64,000 nucleotides of DNA, taken from contig OZ220741.1 of assembly GCA_965116885.1 (NCBI GenBank), positions 5,184,001 through 5,248,000 on the forward strand, given 5' to 3'. Source of the DNA: Candidatus Latescibacterota bacterium. Its GTDB lineage: Bacteria; Latescibacterota; UBA2968. The notes beneath the pieces were generated by a model. The model was not told the origin of the DNA. It was given only the letters and a program-made list of their open reading frames with translations, and ran no database searches. The translations under genes were made by a program, and so were the position numbers. Shown here piece by piece: positions 18,441 through 28,600 of this stretch; within the stretch, counting starts at the first letter, position 1; the number at the start of each line of letters is the position of its first letter.

Positions 18441-21103
18441 TTACCGAAAGCATCGACAAAAATCAGAAAATCGCCAATCCCAATTGTGCCATCGCCATCC
18501 AGATCAAACCGCGCATCATATCCCGCATCGCCACGACTTAATCCGAATCGGGTTGCAAACAGCAGAAAATCGCTAATGCCAACTGTCCCATCGCCATCAA
18601 AATCAGCCGTTGGCGACGCCACCGGAACACCAGTGACCACAGCATCCACGCCCACATCTGCCGCTGTTAGAGGACCTCCGCCTTTCTCCTGAACTGGAAA
18701 CTCGACGCAACCAACTGTTTTGCGCTCGCCGCGAGAATTTCCTAAGATATCGGTTGTTATATCTGGATAATGCCCCTCGGCATTGCCAATCAAACCACTG
18801 GACTCTGCTGGCGCAACAACCCCATTGGGCAGATACTCCACATCGATCCGCTCAACCTTTATCCCATCCCGAGCGGGCATACCCAAATCCCCATCCGTCA
18901 CATTCCCCTCCCATCGCCAATCCACCGGCTCATCGCCCAGCACCAGCCGCACAGTCCTATCGGACAACACAAAAGCATTATTCGCAATCACGCAATCTTT
19001 AGGCACCATGCCATTGGGATACAGAATGTGATTTAGACCCACATCCATCGCCGGACTACATCCCACAAACGTATTAAACGCAACTATCGCGCGCTCCACC
19101 CGCACATAGTGATCATCCGGTAACCCATCATTCATACCCACGCCAAACGCATTGAGCGAGTGGAACAAATTATTCACAACAACCTGATCTGTCCCCTGCA
19201 AACGCACACCGCCCGCTCGGTGTTCGCCCTCGCCAAAAAAGAAATTCTCAGACACCACATTGCCATCTCCGTGCCTAAGCTCTAGCGCGCCGCGGCAATC
19301 GCGAAACGTATTCCTGCGAAGCATATTGCCATTGGACTTCACAGAAATAATCTCCGCCTCCCCATTACAACGCTCAAAAAGATTGTACTCAATCACCGTC
19401 TCACAATCGCCCGGCTCTGGGTCCCAGGGATTTCCCTCTGTAATGAGTTGAAGCGTCTCGTACCCATTGCTCTCCTTCCCTTCTGGAACATCGACGAAGT
19501 GGTTGTGGTGAACATGGTGTCTCTCGCCCTGATTCCGAACGTAAATCTGCATCAACTGGCAGCCGCCCATCTTCTCGCGGTTATTGGTCTTATTCTCAAA
19601 TCGGCAGCGATCAATCTCAATCTCCCGGCTCTCTGCACGGACGCGTATCCACGTGCCCACCTGCACATCTGTCATTACACAGCGACTTATGCGACAACCT
19701 CTCCCCCGAATTTCTATACTGCCCTTCTCCTCAAAGCGAAGACCTACGAGATTAATGTAATCTCCCTCTATAGATATGGGACCCTGGATAACGGCTTTCC
19801 CGATGTTCTTCGCCTGAATTGTGATGGGATAGGCCGCGCTCCCCTTTGCTACCAACTCGCACACATCGCCATCATATACTCCGTCATCTAAGGTGATTGT
19901 GTCGCCCGCCCGCGCGTCAGACACCCGGTGTTCAAGATCGGATAATGTCATAATTCCTGTGCGAAAGGTCAACGGTGGCACCGACGCATGCCCTATGAGT
20001 AATACCTCGACCGTATTTTCTTTTGATGATCCCAATGTCAAGGTTGTCTGTGCCCAACCTTTAGTATTGGTTGTGCCGGTGGTGGTACTGAGTGAGCCAC
20101 CACCTGAGGTGACGGTAAAAGACACCGGCACACCAGCAAATGCTTCATCCCTCTGATCCCACACTTCCACAACAAAGGGGGCCGCCAAAGCCGCACCGGG
20201 CGTGCCATCCTGCCCTTGCCCTGAGACTATGGCCAACCTCGCTGGCGTGCGAGAATCGAAACTTACGCGGACCCCGCGGCCCTGAAGAGCCGGAATGTGC
20301 GTATTAAGAGAGGGATAGGTCAGAGGGTTACGTAGCAAATTGACCTCGTCATCATTTCCCAGTCCCGTGTTTACTACCAATGGCGAGATGTCCAGGATGT
20401 TGTTTATGTGAAGCTCCAGAGATGTCAGACCAGTTAAGTTAGAAAGCGGCGACACATCTGAAATACTGTTGCCCCATAGCGATAGATGTATCAGATCGAT
20501 TAAGCCCGCGAGGTGTGAAAGATCTGACATATTGTTCCGGCTAATATCCAGAGATCTCAGACGGGTTAAGTTAGAAAGCGGCGACACATCCGAGATTGAG
20601 TTGAGCTCAAGATCCAGAAATGTCAGACGGGTTAAGTTGGAAAGTGGAGATATATCCGAGATTGCGTTGCTCTGGATATCCAGTTCTGTCAGATGGGTTA
20701 AGTTAGAAAGCGGAGATATATCCGAGATACTGTTGCCTGCAAGATTTAGCTTTGTCAGGCTGGTTAAGCTCGACAGTGGCGAGAGGTTGGAGATGTCGTT
20801 GCTGTTGATATAACCACCCTCTCCCCACGCGCCACCGAGATAAAGATGGGTCAATCCGGTTGCATACTCAAGTCCTACCAGGTTGTTGATATTCGTATCC
20901 CGCGCGTCAATGCGCGTCAATGTCGCCATTTCCGCCCGAGTAATCGTCGCACCGCTTGCCTTGTCCAACGAATCCTCAATGACAGCCCTCAGGTTCACGT
21001 CGGGGATGGTTGTGACCTGGTTCTGCGCGCTGCTTTCGCCGCAGACGGCAAAGAAAATTAAAAGTATGGTAAAGACAGAGGATATATAACGGCAAAAGAT
21101 CAT
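18437..21103 (-). CDS. Secreted LRR + Ig-like + polysaccharide lyase family 6 (chondroitinase B/alginate lyase fold) + dockerin-like protein
   Basis: Signal peptide; IPDVNLR cap and ISDISPLSNLT repeats; GDTITLDDGVY, PITIQA, NGYE, GEAEIISVKS, LRHG; DFDGDGTVGISDFLLF...DLDGDGTIGIGDFLIF. Confidence 0.85.
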   Translation of the reverse strand: MIFCRYISSVFTILLIFFAVCGESSAQNQVTTIPDVNLRAVIEDSLDKASGATITRAEMATLTRIDARDTNINNLVGLEYATGLTHLYLGGAWGEGGYINSNDISNLSPLSSLTSLTKLNLAGNSISDISPLSNLTHLTELDIQSNAISDISPLSNLTRLTFLDLELNSISDVSPLSNLTRLRSLDISRNNMSDLSHLAGLIDLIHLSLWGNSISDVSPLSNLTGLTSLELHINNILDISPLVVNTGLGNDDEVNLLRNPLTYPSLNTHIPALQGRGVRVSFDSRTPARLAIVSGQGQDGTPGAALAAPFVVEVWDQRDEAFAGVPVSFTVTSGGGSLSTTTGTTNTKGWAQTTLTLGSSKENTVEVLLIGHASVPPLTFRTGIMTLSDLEHRVSDARAGDTITLDDGVYDGDVCELVAKGSAAYPITIQAKNIGKAVIQGPISIEGDYINLVGLRFEEKGSIEIRGRGCRISRCVMTDVQVGTWIRVRAESREIEIDRCRFENKTNNREKMGGCQLMQIYVRNQGERHHVHHNHFVDVPEGKESNGYETLQLITEGNPWDPEPGDCETVIEYNLFERCNGEAEIISVKSNGNMLRRNTFRDCRGALELRHGDGNVVSENFFFGEGEHRAGGVRLQGTDQVVVNNLFHSLNAFGVGMNDGLPDDHYVRVERAIVAFNTFVGCSPAMDVGLNHILYPNGMVPKDCVIANNAFVLSDRTVRLVLGDEPVDWRWEGNVTDGDLGMPARDGIKVERIDVEYLPNGVVAPAESSGLIGNAEGHYPDITTDILGNSRGERKTVGCVEFPVQEKGGGPLTAADVGVDAVVTGVPVASPTADFDGDGTVGISDFLLFATRFGLSRGDAGYDARFDLDGDGTIGIGDFLIFVDAFGK

Positions 21104-21187
21104 AAATTTTCTTGCTCACTTTCTGACGACTTTGTGCAAGATCTCCGGCTCATTAAAGTTACCGCGGACGAAGTCGAGGCGCAGGAG

Positions 21188-22024
21188 CTAAAAAGACCGG
21201 GCAACTCGAAAACCGTAGGTGACGTCCCGGTAACTGGGGGGTTTCCCGTAGCGAAGCGCCGAACGCAAGAACCACGGAGAGTCGTCCCACGATCCACCAC
21301 GAAATACGCGCTCGCAGTAGCCATCCCCTGCCCCTGACTCCCTCGCAGAACCGTCTGAAGGTGCGCCTTCATAGCTTCCTTCATAGCAATCTTGAACCCA
21401 CTCCCGCACATTCCCGTGCATATCGTGAACGCCCCAAGCATTGGCTGAGAATGATCCCACTGGCGCTGTCTTCTCACCATCCCACTGACTGCCGCAACCT
21501 CTGCAATTGGCACGATTGACGCCTATGCTGTCTCCCCAGCTATACTTCGTCGTTGAACCAGCACGCGCCACATACTCCCATTCCGCTTCACTCAATAAAC
21601 GATACGTTTTATCCGTCCGGGCTGACAACCAACTAACATAAGACTGCACATCTTCCCAACTCACATTCATCACAGGACGATTCTCACGGTCCCAGCTATT
21701 ATCTGGAATATCCGGAAGATAGTTTCCACAACCTCCTGCATCCAGACAGGCATACCATTCGTCAAAGGTCACCTCATATACACCCACTGCAAACCGGTAA
21801 TCTATACGCACTCTGCGCATCGGTCTTTCACTATACCTACCCCTTTCACGCGCGGGTGACCCCATCCTGAACGATCCCGATGGCACGACAACCATCTTTG
21901 GACATTCATCACAATCTTGAAAAGTTTCTCCGGGTGAAGGCGTACTATCCCCAGTGTTCTGTTGTGACCATAGAGGAAGGCTCAGAAGAATGAATACACC
22001 TGTACAAATACAGTAACGATACAT
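21188..22024 (-). CDS. Secreted FGE-sulfatase (SUMF1-fold/C-type-lectin-like) domain protein
   Basis: CPKMVVVPSGSFRMGS, YRLLSEAEWEY, DMHGNVREW, RGGSW, GFRVAR; RBS AGGAGA. Confidence 0.9.
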   Translation of the reverse strand: MYRYCICTGVFILLSLPLWSQQNTGDSTPSPGETFQDCDECPKMVVVPSGSFRMGSPARERGRYSERPMRRVRIDYRFAVGVYEVTFDEWYACLDAGGCGNYLPDIPDNSWDRENRPVMNVSWEDVQSYVSWLSARTDKTYRLLSEAEWEYVARAGSTTKYSWGDSIGVNRANCRGCGSQWDGEKTAPVGSFSANAWGVHDMHGNVREWVQDCYEGSYEGAPSDGSARESGAGDGYCERVFRGGSWDDSPWFLRSALRYGKPPSYRDVTYGFRVARSF

Positions 22025-22117
22025 CTTGTCTCTCCTTTCATTCACTCCAAGAAATTCTGCACACCTGCTTATCCTTCATTCCTTCATTATAGAGTTTTCT
22101 GTTTTTGAGACTCACGG

Positions 22118-23092
22118 TTAGAAAGCCAGCGACAAACCGGCTGCAAAATTACACTTATATGATAATATTTGCATCGGTATGATCCCGCCAAGAGTGATGT
22201 TGATACCAGCATTGCCCACCTCAAACCACCGCGTCAATCCCAGAAAGAGGTCATCGAACGGTTGGCTTCCCAACTGGAATCCTATGGATACATACGGACA
22301 TGGCAGGCACTCTTTCTTGCATAGCGAATCCAACTGGAGATTCACGAAGGTAAACGGCGACGGAACCAGTCTCAATTTATCCCGAAACTCGGACTCCTGT
22401 TGGTTCGGTTTCGCGGCGTATTTTACCACGAGACCATGCGATACGGTATATCGGGGTGGAGGATTTTCAATTTGAAATAACCATGGCCCTGACGAGGCCA
22501 CGACCCTACCCTTCGGGTTCTTTTTTTTATTAAAAGTCACTACAAAGGAACCGCCAGCCACCAGATCGTCTTTCACGGGCAATATCTGTAAACAGGTTCC
22601 ATTAACTTTGGATACAGTAGGCTGCCTCGGACCCAGTTCAGCTTTTTGGGATTTAGACACATTTAGTTTTGTCAGATTTTCCAGGATTATCTTCAGTATG
22701 TTGAGCCCCCTGGCCTTACCCATCACGGTGTAATGAATATCCGCAGCAGTAGTGTCACATCGCGCTGTAGAGTCGCATTGCCATTTCATCATTAATATCA
22801 CGTTGTCAGTTGGTTTAATATCAAATTCAGGTCTCTTTATTTCCCCCTTCTTGTCAGATTTGATCTTGACGTCCTTGTTGGACGTACGTGTGCCATAGAC
22901 CCGAGCATAGAGACAATCTGTCTGCCCCTTACCGGCGTCATACATGATTTCTACTACACGGTTTTCAGCCGCCTCTAATCCCGAATCCAAGCAAAGCACC
23001 AGAAATACGAATCCGACTGTCAACCACCAAGATTTCATATCCATTCTACTTGTAGGGAAAAGTCCTCGAACATACCGCCTAAAAAAAGTCAT
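22118..23092 (-). CDS. Hypothetical exported protein, possible C-terminal beta-barrel
   Basis: RBS GGAGG; hydrophobic N-terminal segment; beta-rich C-terminus ending AAGLSLAF. Confidence 0.65.
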   Translation of the reverse strand: MTFFRRYVRGLFPTSRMDMKSWWLTVGFVFLVLCLDSGLEAAENRVVEIMYDAGKGQTDCLYARVYGTRTSNKDVKIKSDKKGEIKRPEFDIKPTDNVILMMKWQCDSTARCDTTAADIHYTVMGKARGLNILKIILENLTKLNVSKSQKAELGPRQPTVSKVNGTCLQILPVKDDLVAGGSFVVTFNKKKNPKGRVVASSGPWLFQIENPPPRYTVSHGLVVKYAAKPNQQESEFRDKLRLVPSPFTFVNLQLDSLCKKECLPCPYVSIGFQLGSQPFDDLFLGLTRWFEVGNAGINITLGGIIPMQILSYKCNFAAGLSLAF

Positions 23093-23197
23093 AAAACTTC
23101 CTCCCAACCTCCAAAAAACCGCAAAACTCCACAATCCCTCATACCCTCCAAAAACACCACTCCCTTCTCCCCCACAAAAAATGTAAAGAATTAGGAG

Positions 23198-24040
23198 CTA
23201 AAAAGACCGGGCAACTCGAAAGCCGGCGATAAGACCGCCAGCAGGGTAGTAACTCTCGATGCTAACCGAAGCACCGGTGCCGGTGGGGAGGTAACTGAGA
23301 TCGGTGAGAGACCTCACTACTTGGCGCGCGTGGCGATTCGCAGAACGCACGTGCCTCGGAGCACTGAAATACCCACCACCACGCAAAACGCGAAACTCGC
23401 AGTATCCAGTCAGCCAAGCAGTACCATCTGTAGGCGCACCCTCATAACTATCGTTCCAACAATCTTGAACCCACTCCAGCACATTACCATGCATGTCGTA
23501 CAGACCCCAACCATTGGCCTTGAACGAGCCCACACGCGCCGTTCTCGAACCACCCCACAGACTGGCGCATCCATCACAATTGGCGCGGTTGCGACCTATG
23601 TCGTTACCCCAGCTATACTTTGTCGTTGTACCTGCACGCGCCGCATACTCCCACTCCGCCTCACTCGGCAAACGATAGTGCTCCCTTGTCTGATCCGATA
23701 GCCATTCTGTGTACGCTATCGCGTCATACCACGAAACGAATACCGGACGCCGACCACGACCCCAGCCGAAATCGTATGCCTGCTCGCGTCCCGTCGCATC
23801 CGTGAAAGCATCATACTCCTCGAATGTCACCTCGTACTTCGACATTGCAAATGAGTCTATCTTCACTTCCTGCACAGGCTTCTCATTATCATTGCAGTCT
23901 ATACCTGACACGCAACCCATCTGAAAACTACCCGACGGAATCACCACCATCTCAGGCATTGGAAAACTCGGTTGGGAATACACTGAATACACCGTCCAGA
24001 AACTCATCACAACTGCCAATACAACAAATATGCGCCACAT
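23198..24040 (-). CDS. Secreted FGE-sulfatase domain protein with extended C-terminal loop
   Basis: PEMVVIPSGSFQMG, YRLPSEAEWEYAARAG, DMHGNVLEW, RGG, GFRVARSF. Confidence 0.9.
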   Translation of the reverse strand: MWRIFVVLAVVMSFWTVYSVYSQPSFPMPEMVVIPSGSFQMGCVSGIDCNDNEKPVQEVKIDSFAMSKYEVTFEEYDAFTDATGREQAYDFGWGRGRRPVFVSWYDAIAYTEWLSDQTREHYRLPSEAEWEYAARAGTTTKYSWGNDIGRNRANCDGCASLWGGSRTARVGSFKANGWGLYDMHGNVLEWVQDCWNDSYEGAPTDGTAWLTGYCEFRVLRGGGYFSAPRHVRSANRHARQVVRSLTDLSYLPTGTGASVSIESYYPAGGLIAGFRVARSF

Positions 24041-24098
24041 AATGAACCCCTTTCTTGTAGGCTTAAAAACAGATAGAGCTTACGACATCATTGGGACC

Positions 24099-25280
24099 TC
24101 ACCTTGCTGTTTCCACGATGATTCGCGCCTTCGATCCGGCACCACCCCGATGACGCCATACTTGCGTTTCTGTGTTCTCCCCAGTAACGCGGATCTCACC
24201 CGTGTTTTCGTCTCGGTAGCTACAGTCTCCCTTGTATCCCGTGCCGTTGAGGGCTGTCAATTCCACAGCATAACTTTCTCCTGCCCACACATCCAGCGTG
24301 TAGCAGTCCCAGTCGTTGTCAATTTCTCCGGAAAATATGCTTCTGCCATCTATATCAACGCGGATCTTATCGCCATCTTCGCACTCGTGGTCTCGCACGC
24401 AAATCTTCAAGGTTCCCGTCGAGCCTCTGATTTTCATCGGAAAGTCCTGGATGGCCTGATCACTCTCACTACCCTGATCATTGGCGACGGCCAGGCCGTC
24501 GTAGGCATAAATCTTATCGTAATGATCGTCCACCACCCACACGGTTGTCCCATCCGACCAGATCCCTGTGGGAGAATAGATGCCAGCGAGCTTATTGAAG
24601 TCCTTCGGGTCACGTGCTCTGGACCTCATGTTGTAGGCATACATTGTATCGTCCCAGTCGTCCACCACCCACATGGTTGTCCCGTCCGACCAGATACCCG
24701 TATCCCTGGCATACGCTGAGAAGGGTAGATCGAGGTCCTTGTCAGGGTCACGTGCTCTGGTCCTCAGGTTGTAGGCATAAATCTTATCTTCAGCACTGGC
24801 GAGTACCCACATAGTCGTCCCGTCCGACCAGATACCCGTAGAATTGGCATTTACCGCGATGTGTAGCTCGAAGTCCTTGTCAGGGTCACGGGCTTTAGAT
24901 CTCATGTCGTAGGCATAAATCTTGTAACGGTAGTCCACCACCCACATGGTCGTCCCGTCCGACCAGATATCTTCAGGGGAATCGTTGGCTGCTTCGAGCC
25001 TATTGAAGTCCTTATCAGGGTCACGGGCTTTGGATCTCAGGTTGTAGGCATAAATCTTATCTTCAAAACTGTCGAGCACCCACATGGTCGTTCCATCCGA
25101 CCAGATCCCTTCAGGGAATTTGTTTCCTGCAGCTTCCAGCGTATTGAAGTCCCTGTCTGGAGCACGGGTCAAGTCTTCAGCCAAAGCCGGACCTATCAAC
25201 ACAAACACCGAACAAGCTGAAAAAAACAAGGCAAGCACAAACAGGCGTAACCCAAGATACCTGCGACCATATGGCAACAT
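24099..25280 (-). CDS. Secreted repeat protein (five IWSDGTTMWV propeller-like blades) with Cys-containing C-terminal beta domain
   Basis: Five ~47-aa repeats (G/D)IWSDGTT(M/V)WV...YAY; signal peptide. Confidence 0.8.
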   Translation of the reverse strand: MLPYGRRYLGLRLFVLALFFSACSVFVLIGPALAEDLTRAPDRDFNTLEAAGNKFPEGIWSDGTTMWVLDSFEDKIYAYNLRSKARDPDKDFNRLEAANDSPEDIWSDGTTMWVVDYRYKIYAYDMRSKARDPDKDFELHIAVNANSTGIWSDGTTMWVLASAEDKIYAYNLRTRARDPDKDLDLPFSAYARDTGIWSDGTTMWVVDDWDDTMYAYNMRSRARDPKDFNKLAGIYSPTGIWSDGTTVWVVDDHYDKIYAYDGLAVANDQGSESDQAIQDFPMKIRGSTGTLKICVRDHECEDGDKIRVDIDGRSIFSGEIDNDWDCYTLDVWAGESYAVELTALNGTGYKGDCSYRDENTGEIRVTGENTETQVWRHRGGAGSKARIIVETAR

Positions 25281-25356
25281 AATCCTCTCCTCTCATGGTA
25301 TTGTTTGACCATCTTCCCGCTCATCGCTCTGGCGGGACTTAAAATTAGTTTATAGA

Positions 25357-25372
25357 TGCAAAAAGCGTGCCA
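25357..25372 (-). promoter_or_regulatory. Sigma54 (-24/-12) promoter heading the 25280->18158 gene array
   Basis: Minus strand TGGCACGCTTTTTGCA = TGGCAC-N5-TTGCA, about 75 bp upstream of the ATG. Confidence 0.85.
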
Positions 25373-25480
25373 ACATGAGAACTGTTTCCAGACACATACT
25401 CGTAAAGGGTTGTTTTATATAAAGAAAAAACCAATCTGACTATATAATACCGCCTCCAAATAGTCGGATTGGCTCTTGTA

Positions 25481-25540
25481 TAAGACTTTATATGGCCTTA
25501 TACAAGACGTACTATGGTCTCAAGACTATAGTACGTCCTT
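25481..25540. promoter_or_regulatory. Candidate upstream activator sequence for the adjacent sigma54 activator
   Basis: Three AAGAC-initiated ~20-bp units and perfect inverted repeat GACGTACTAT-N12-ATAGTACGTC, 110-170 bp upstream of the -24 box. Confidence 0.5.
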
Positions 25541-25639
25541 TTTTCTTTGCAAGTGTGAGATTCAATATTATGTTCTTCCTTGCAAGCGTGAGATTCCATT
25601 TATAAATCCATTTTTTACCCTTATCACAAGGTTCTTTCT

Positions 25640-28600
25640 ATGACCAAACCACTTGACCGCACAGGCATCTGGCGGACTTATACTATGGCCGATGGCCTGG
25701 CCGGGATGCGCGTTGAACATATCGTTGAGGATAGCGAAGGGTATCTCTGGTTCGCCACATGGGGCAACGGTGTTAGTCGCTTCGATGGGGACGAGTTTCA
25801 GAATTTTACGCGACGCGACGGTCTTATTAATGATCATACTTATTTTCTTTTACAAGACAGTCAGAAGCGGTTGTGGTTCAGTACAGAAAATGGTGTATGC
25901 TGGTACAGCGGGACAGTGTTTCACCATTTGGAGGACGAGGGGATCGCAGGCCGTGCTGTGCACAGCATTTACGAAGACAGTGAGGGACGTGTATGGTTAG
26001 GGGGCACGAGAACTCTGGGATATTACGATGGCACTGTGTACCACGATCTGATTCCACGCTACCTGCAAGACTACGAACAGCCGCCTTCTCCTCAGTGGTC
26101 CAACCTGTGTTGGGGTATTACCCAGGATATGGAAGGTCGCCTGTGGTTTGGTTTTGACTACCCCATTCGCTACGATGGTCAATCCTTTCACCGCTATGAT
26201 GAGAAAGAGGGATTTCCTCAAGATGGAAACGTCTATTCTGTGGGCAGGGACCCTGCTGGCAAGGTGTGGATCGGTCGGCTTGGACATCGAGAAGGACTCT
26301 GGTGCTATGCCGATGGTACTTTCCTGTATGTGCAGGTGGATTTGGGTGGCGGATTACGTAGAATTCAGTGCGACGGTACAGGTCGGATGTGGTTCAGTAC
26401 TTCTGAGGGAGTACTCTACCAGGACGGTGAAGAATTCAACAGATTTACCCCTGCCGATGGCTTACCTCATCCCGCGGTCAAATCTGTGTTTCAAGATCGC
26501 GATCATCAGTATTGGTTCGCCACCTGGGGTGGCGTCGTGCTCTACGATACACAGACCAGTGTTTTCGATCTCAGTAAGGAACTCTCTTCAAACGTGAGTG
26601 AGGTCTCGCAACTCGTGCAAGACCGGCGAGGCGATATATGGGTAGGGTGTGTCGTTTACCTTCTCAATCCCTTGATCAAAAGCGTCTTTCGCTTCGATGG
26701 AGAGCACTTTGCATTCGCAGGCACCGAGTATGACTTTGATATCAACAACTGTTTTGCTATCTACGAGGACTTCGAGGGGTATCTGTGGTTTGGCGGCCGC
26801 AACGGGCTGTTCCGCTACGATGGGCAGAAAGTTGAAAAAATAGAAACAATCGCAGGTTTAGACGGAAAAAGTGTTAGTGCAATCGCCCAAGACTCGCAAG
26901 GAGGATTCCTTTTTGGTCATTGGGAGAACAGCACAGGGAAAAAAAGAGAAGATATTTTTGCCAGCGCATTGAAGCTTATTTACCAGCGAGGGGAGGAGTT
27001 CCAGACCATTTTTGTAGAAAATGAAAAGAAAGATCCTTTTAGCAGCATCGGTACTGTGATTGCCGGGCGCAACAACGAGATCTATTTTCATTTGACCTGC
27101 CACAATTTCTCAGTTGGCGGCAGAGGCCTGGCGCGGTGGCATCCCGAAGATGGTATTAAATTTTATGGCATTGAAGATGGTCTGATAGACCACCAGATCA
27201 CGGACCTGCTCTTAGACCGCAATGGCAACCTGTGGGTCGCTACCCCGTGCGGTCTCAGTTGCTTTGATGGCAACGACTTTCACAACTTCACAACAGCAGA
27301 TGGTTTGCCGAGTGATTGCATCCGTTGTTTGCTCGAAGATCGGCAAGGTCACCTTTGGATCGGTACAGACGGGGGTGTGATTCACTACGATGGCCAGTAT
27401 TTCCAGACGATCAACTCACCGCACATAGGATCGGTTTCCCAGATACTCGAAGACCGCGATGGAGCCTTCTGGCTTGGCACTACCCTGGGATCTATCATAC
27501 GCTATCGTCAGCGTCAAACTCTGCCCCAGATTCGCCTGCTTTCTGTGATTGCCGATCAGGTTTATGAGAACCTGCAGGAAGGTATTGTATCTAAGACAGA
27601 CCAGAATGTGATCTTCGAGTATAAAGGCATGAGTTTTTCTACCCATCCCCGCGACATGCTCTACATCTATCGCTTGAAAGGATACGACTCCGACTGGCAA
27701 CCAGCGACTCGAAAAATGCGGGCACATTACCGGGACTTGCCACCGGGAGATTACACTTTTCAGGTCAGGGCGATAGATCGCGACCTCAATTATTCGGAGA
27801 TGACACAGGTGCAACTCTCGGTAGAGCCTGACCCGCGTATCAAAGCATTGACGGACGTCATCAACCGTCGAGAAAGCCAGAAGTTTATCGGGCATAGCGC
27901 GGCACTGCGCCAGTTTCAAGTCAATCTTGAAAAAATTGCACCCACTGATATAACCGTGCTAATTCTGGGCGAGACGGGTGTGGGCAAGGGACTGGCTGCG
28001 CGGACACTACACGCGCTGAGTGCCAATGGCGATGGTCCTTTTATAGAAGTCAGTTGCGGCGCATTGCCTACAGCGTTGATCGATAGCGAACTGTTTGGTC
28101 ACGAGAGAGGGGCTTTTACCAGCGCAGTTTCTCACAGGCTGGGCAGGGTGGAACTGGCAGAGGATGGCACGCTCTTTTTAGATGAAGTCGGCGATATGGC
28201 TGTGGAAACGCAAGTCAAGCTGTTGCGCTTGCTGGAAGAGGGAACGTTTGAGCGGATTGGGAGCAACGAGACGCGGATGGCAAAGACGCGTATTGTGGCA
28301 GCGACAAATCGCGACTTAAAGGAGATGGTCAGCACAGGTGATTTTCGGGAGGATCTCTATTACCGCCTCAATGCCTTTCTGATGTATTTGCCGCCGCTTC
28401 GCGAGCGCAAGGAGGATATACCGGAGTTGGCCGAGTATTTTAAGGATCGCCTATCATCGCATATAGGCAAGCAAATAGATTCCTTGACGCCAGAAATTAT
28501 CGAGGTATTGCAAAGCTACGATTGGCCTGGAAATGTGCGTGAATTAGAGCATACCATACAGCGAGCAGTCATCTTGTGTCCTCATTCTCAAATCGGAGTG

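Noticed and set aside
18156..23345. Complete diversity-generating retroelement
   Set aside because: No reverse transcriptase, accessory gene or adenine-rich template repeat in the window; only target-like features are reported
24490..25120. Repeated ~140-bp DNA units
   Set aside because: Explained by protein repeats of the 24099..25280 gene
18158..25280. Integron cassette array
   Set aside because: No integrase and no consistent RYYYAAC...GTTRRRY attC structure in the spacers
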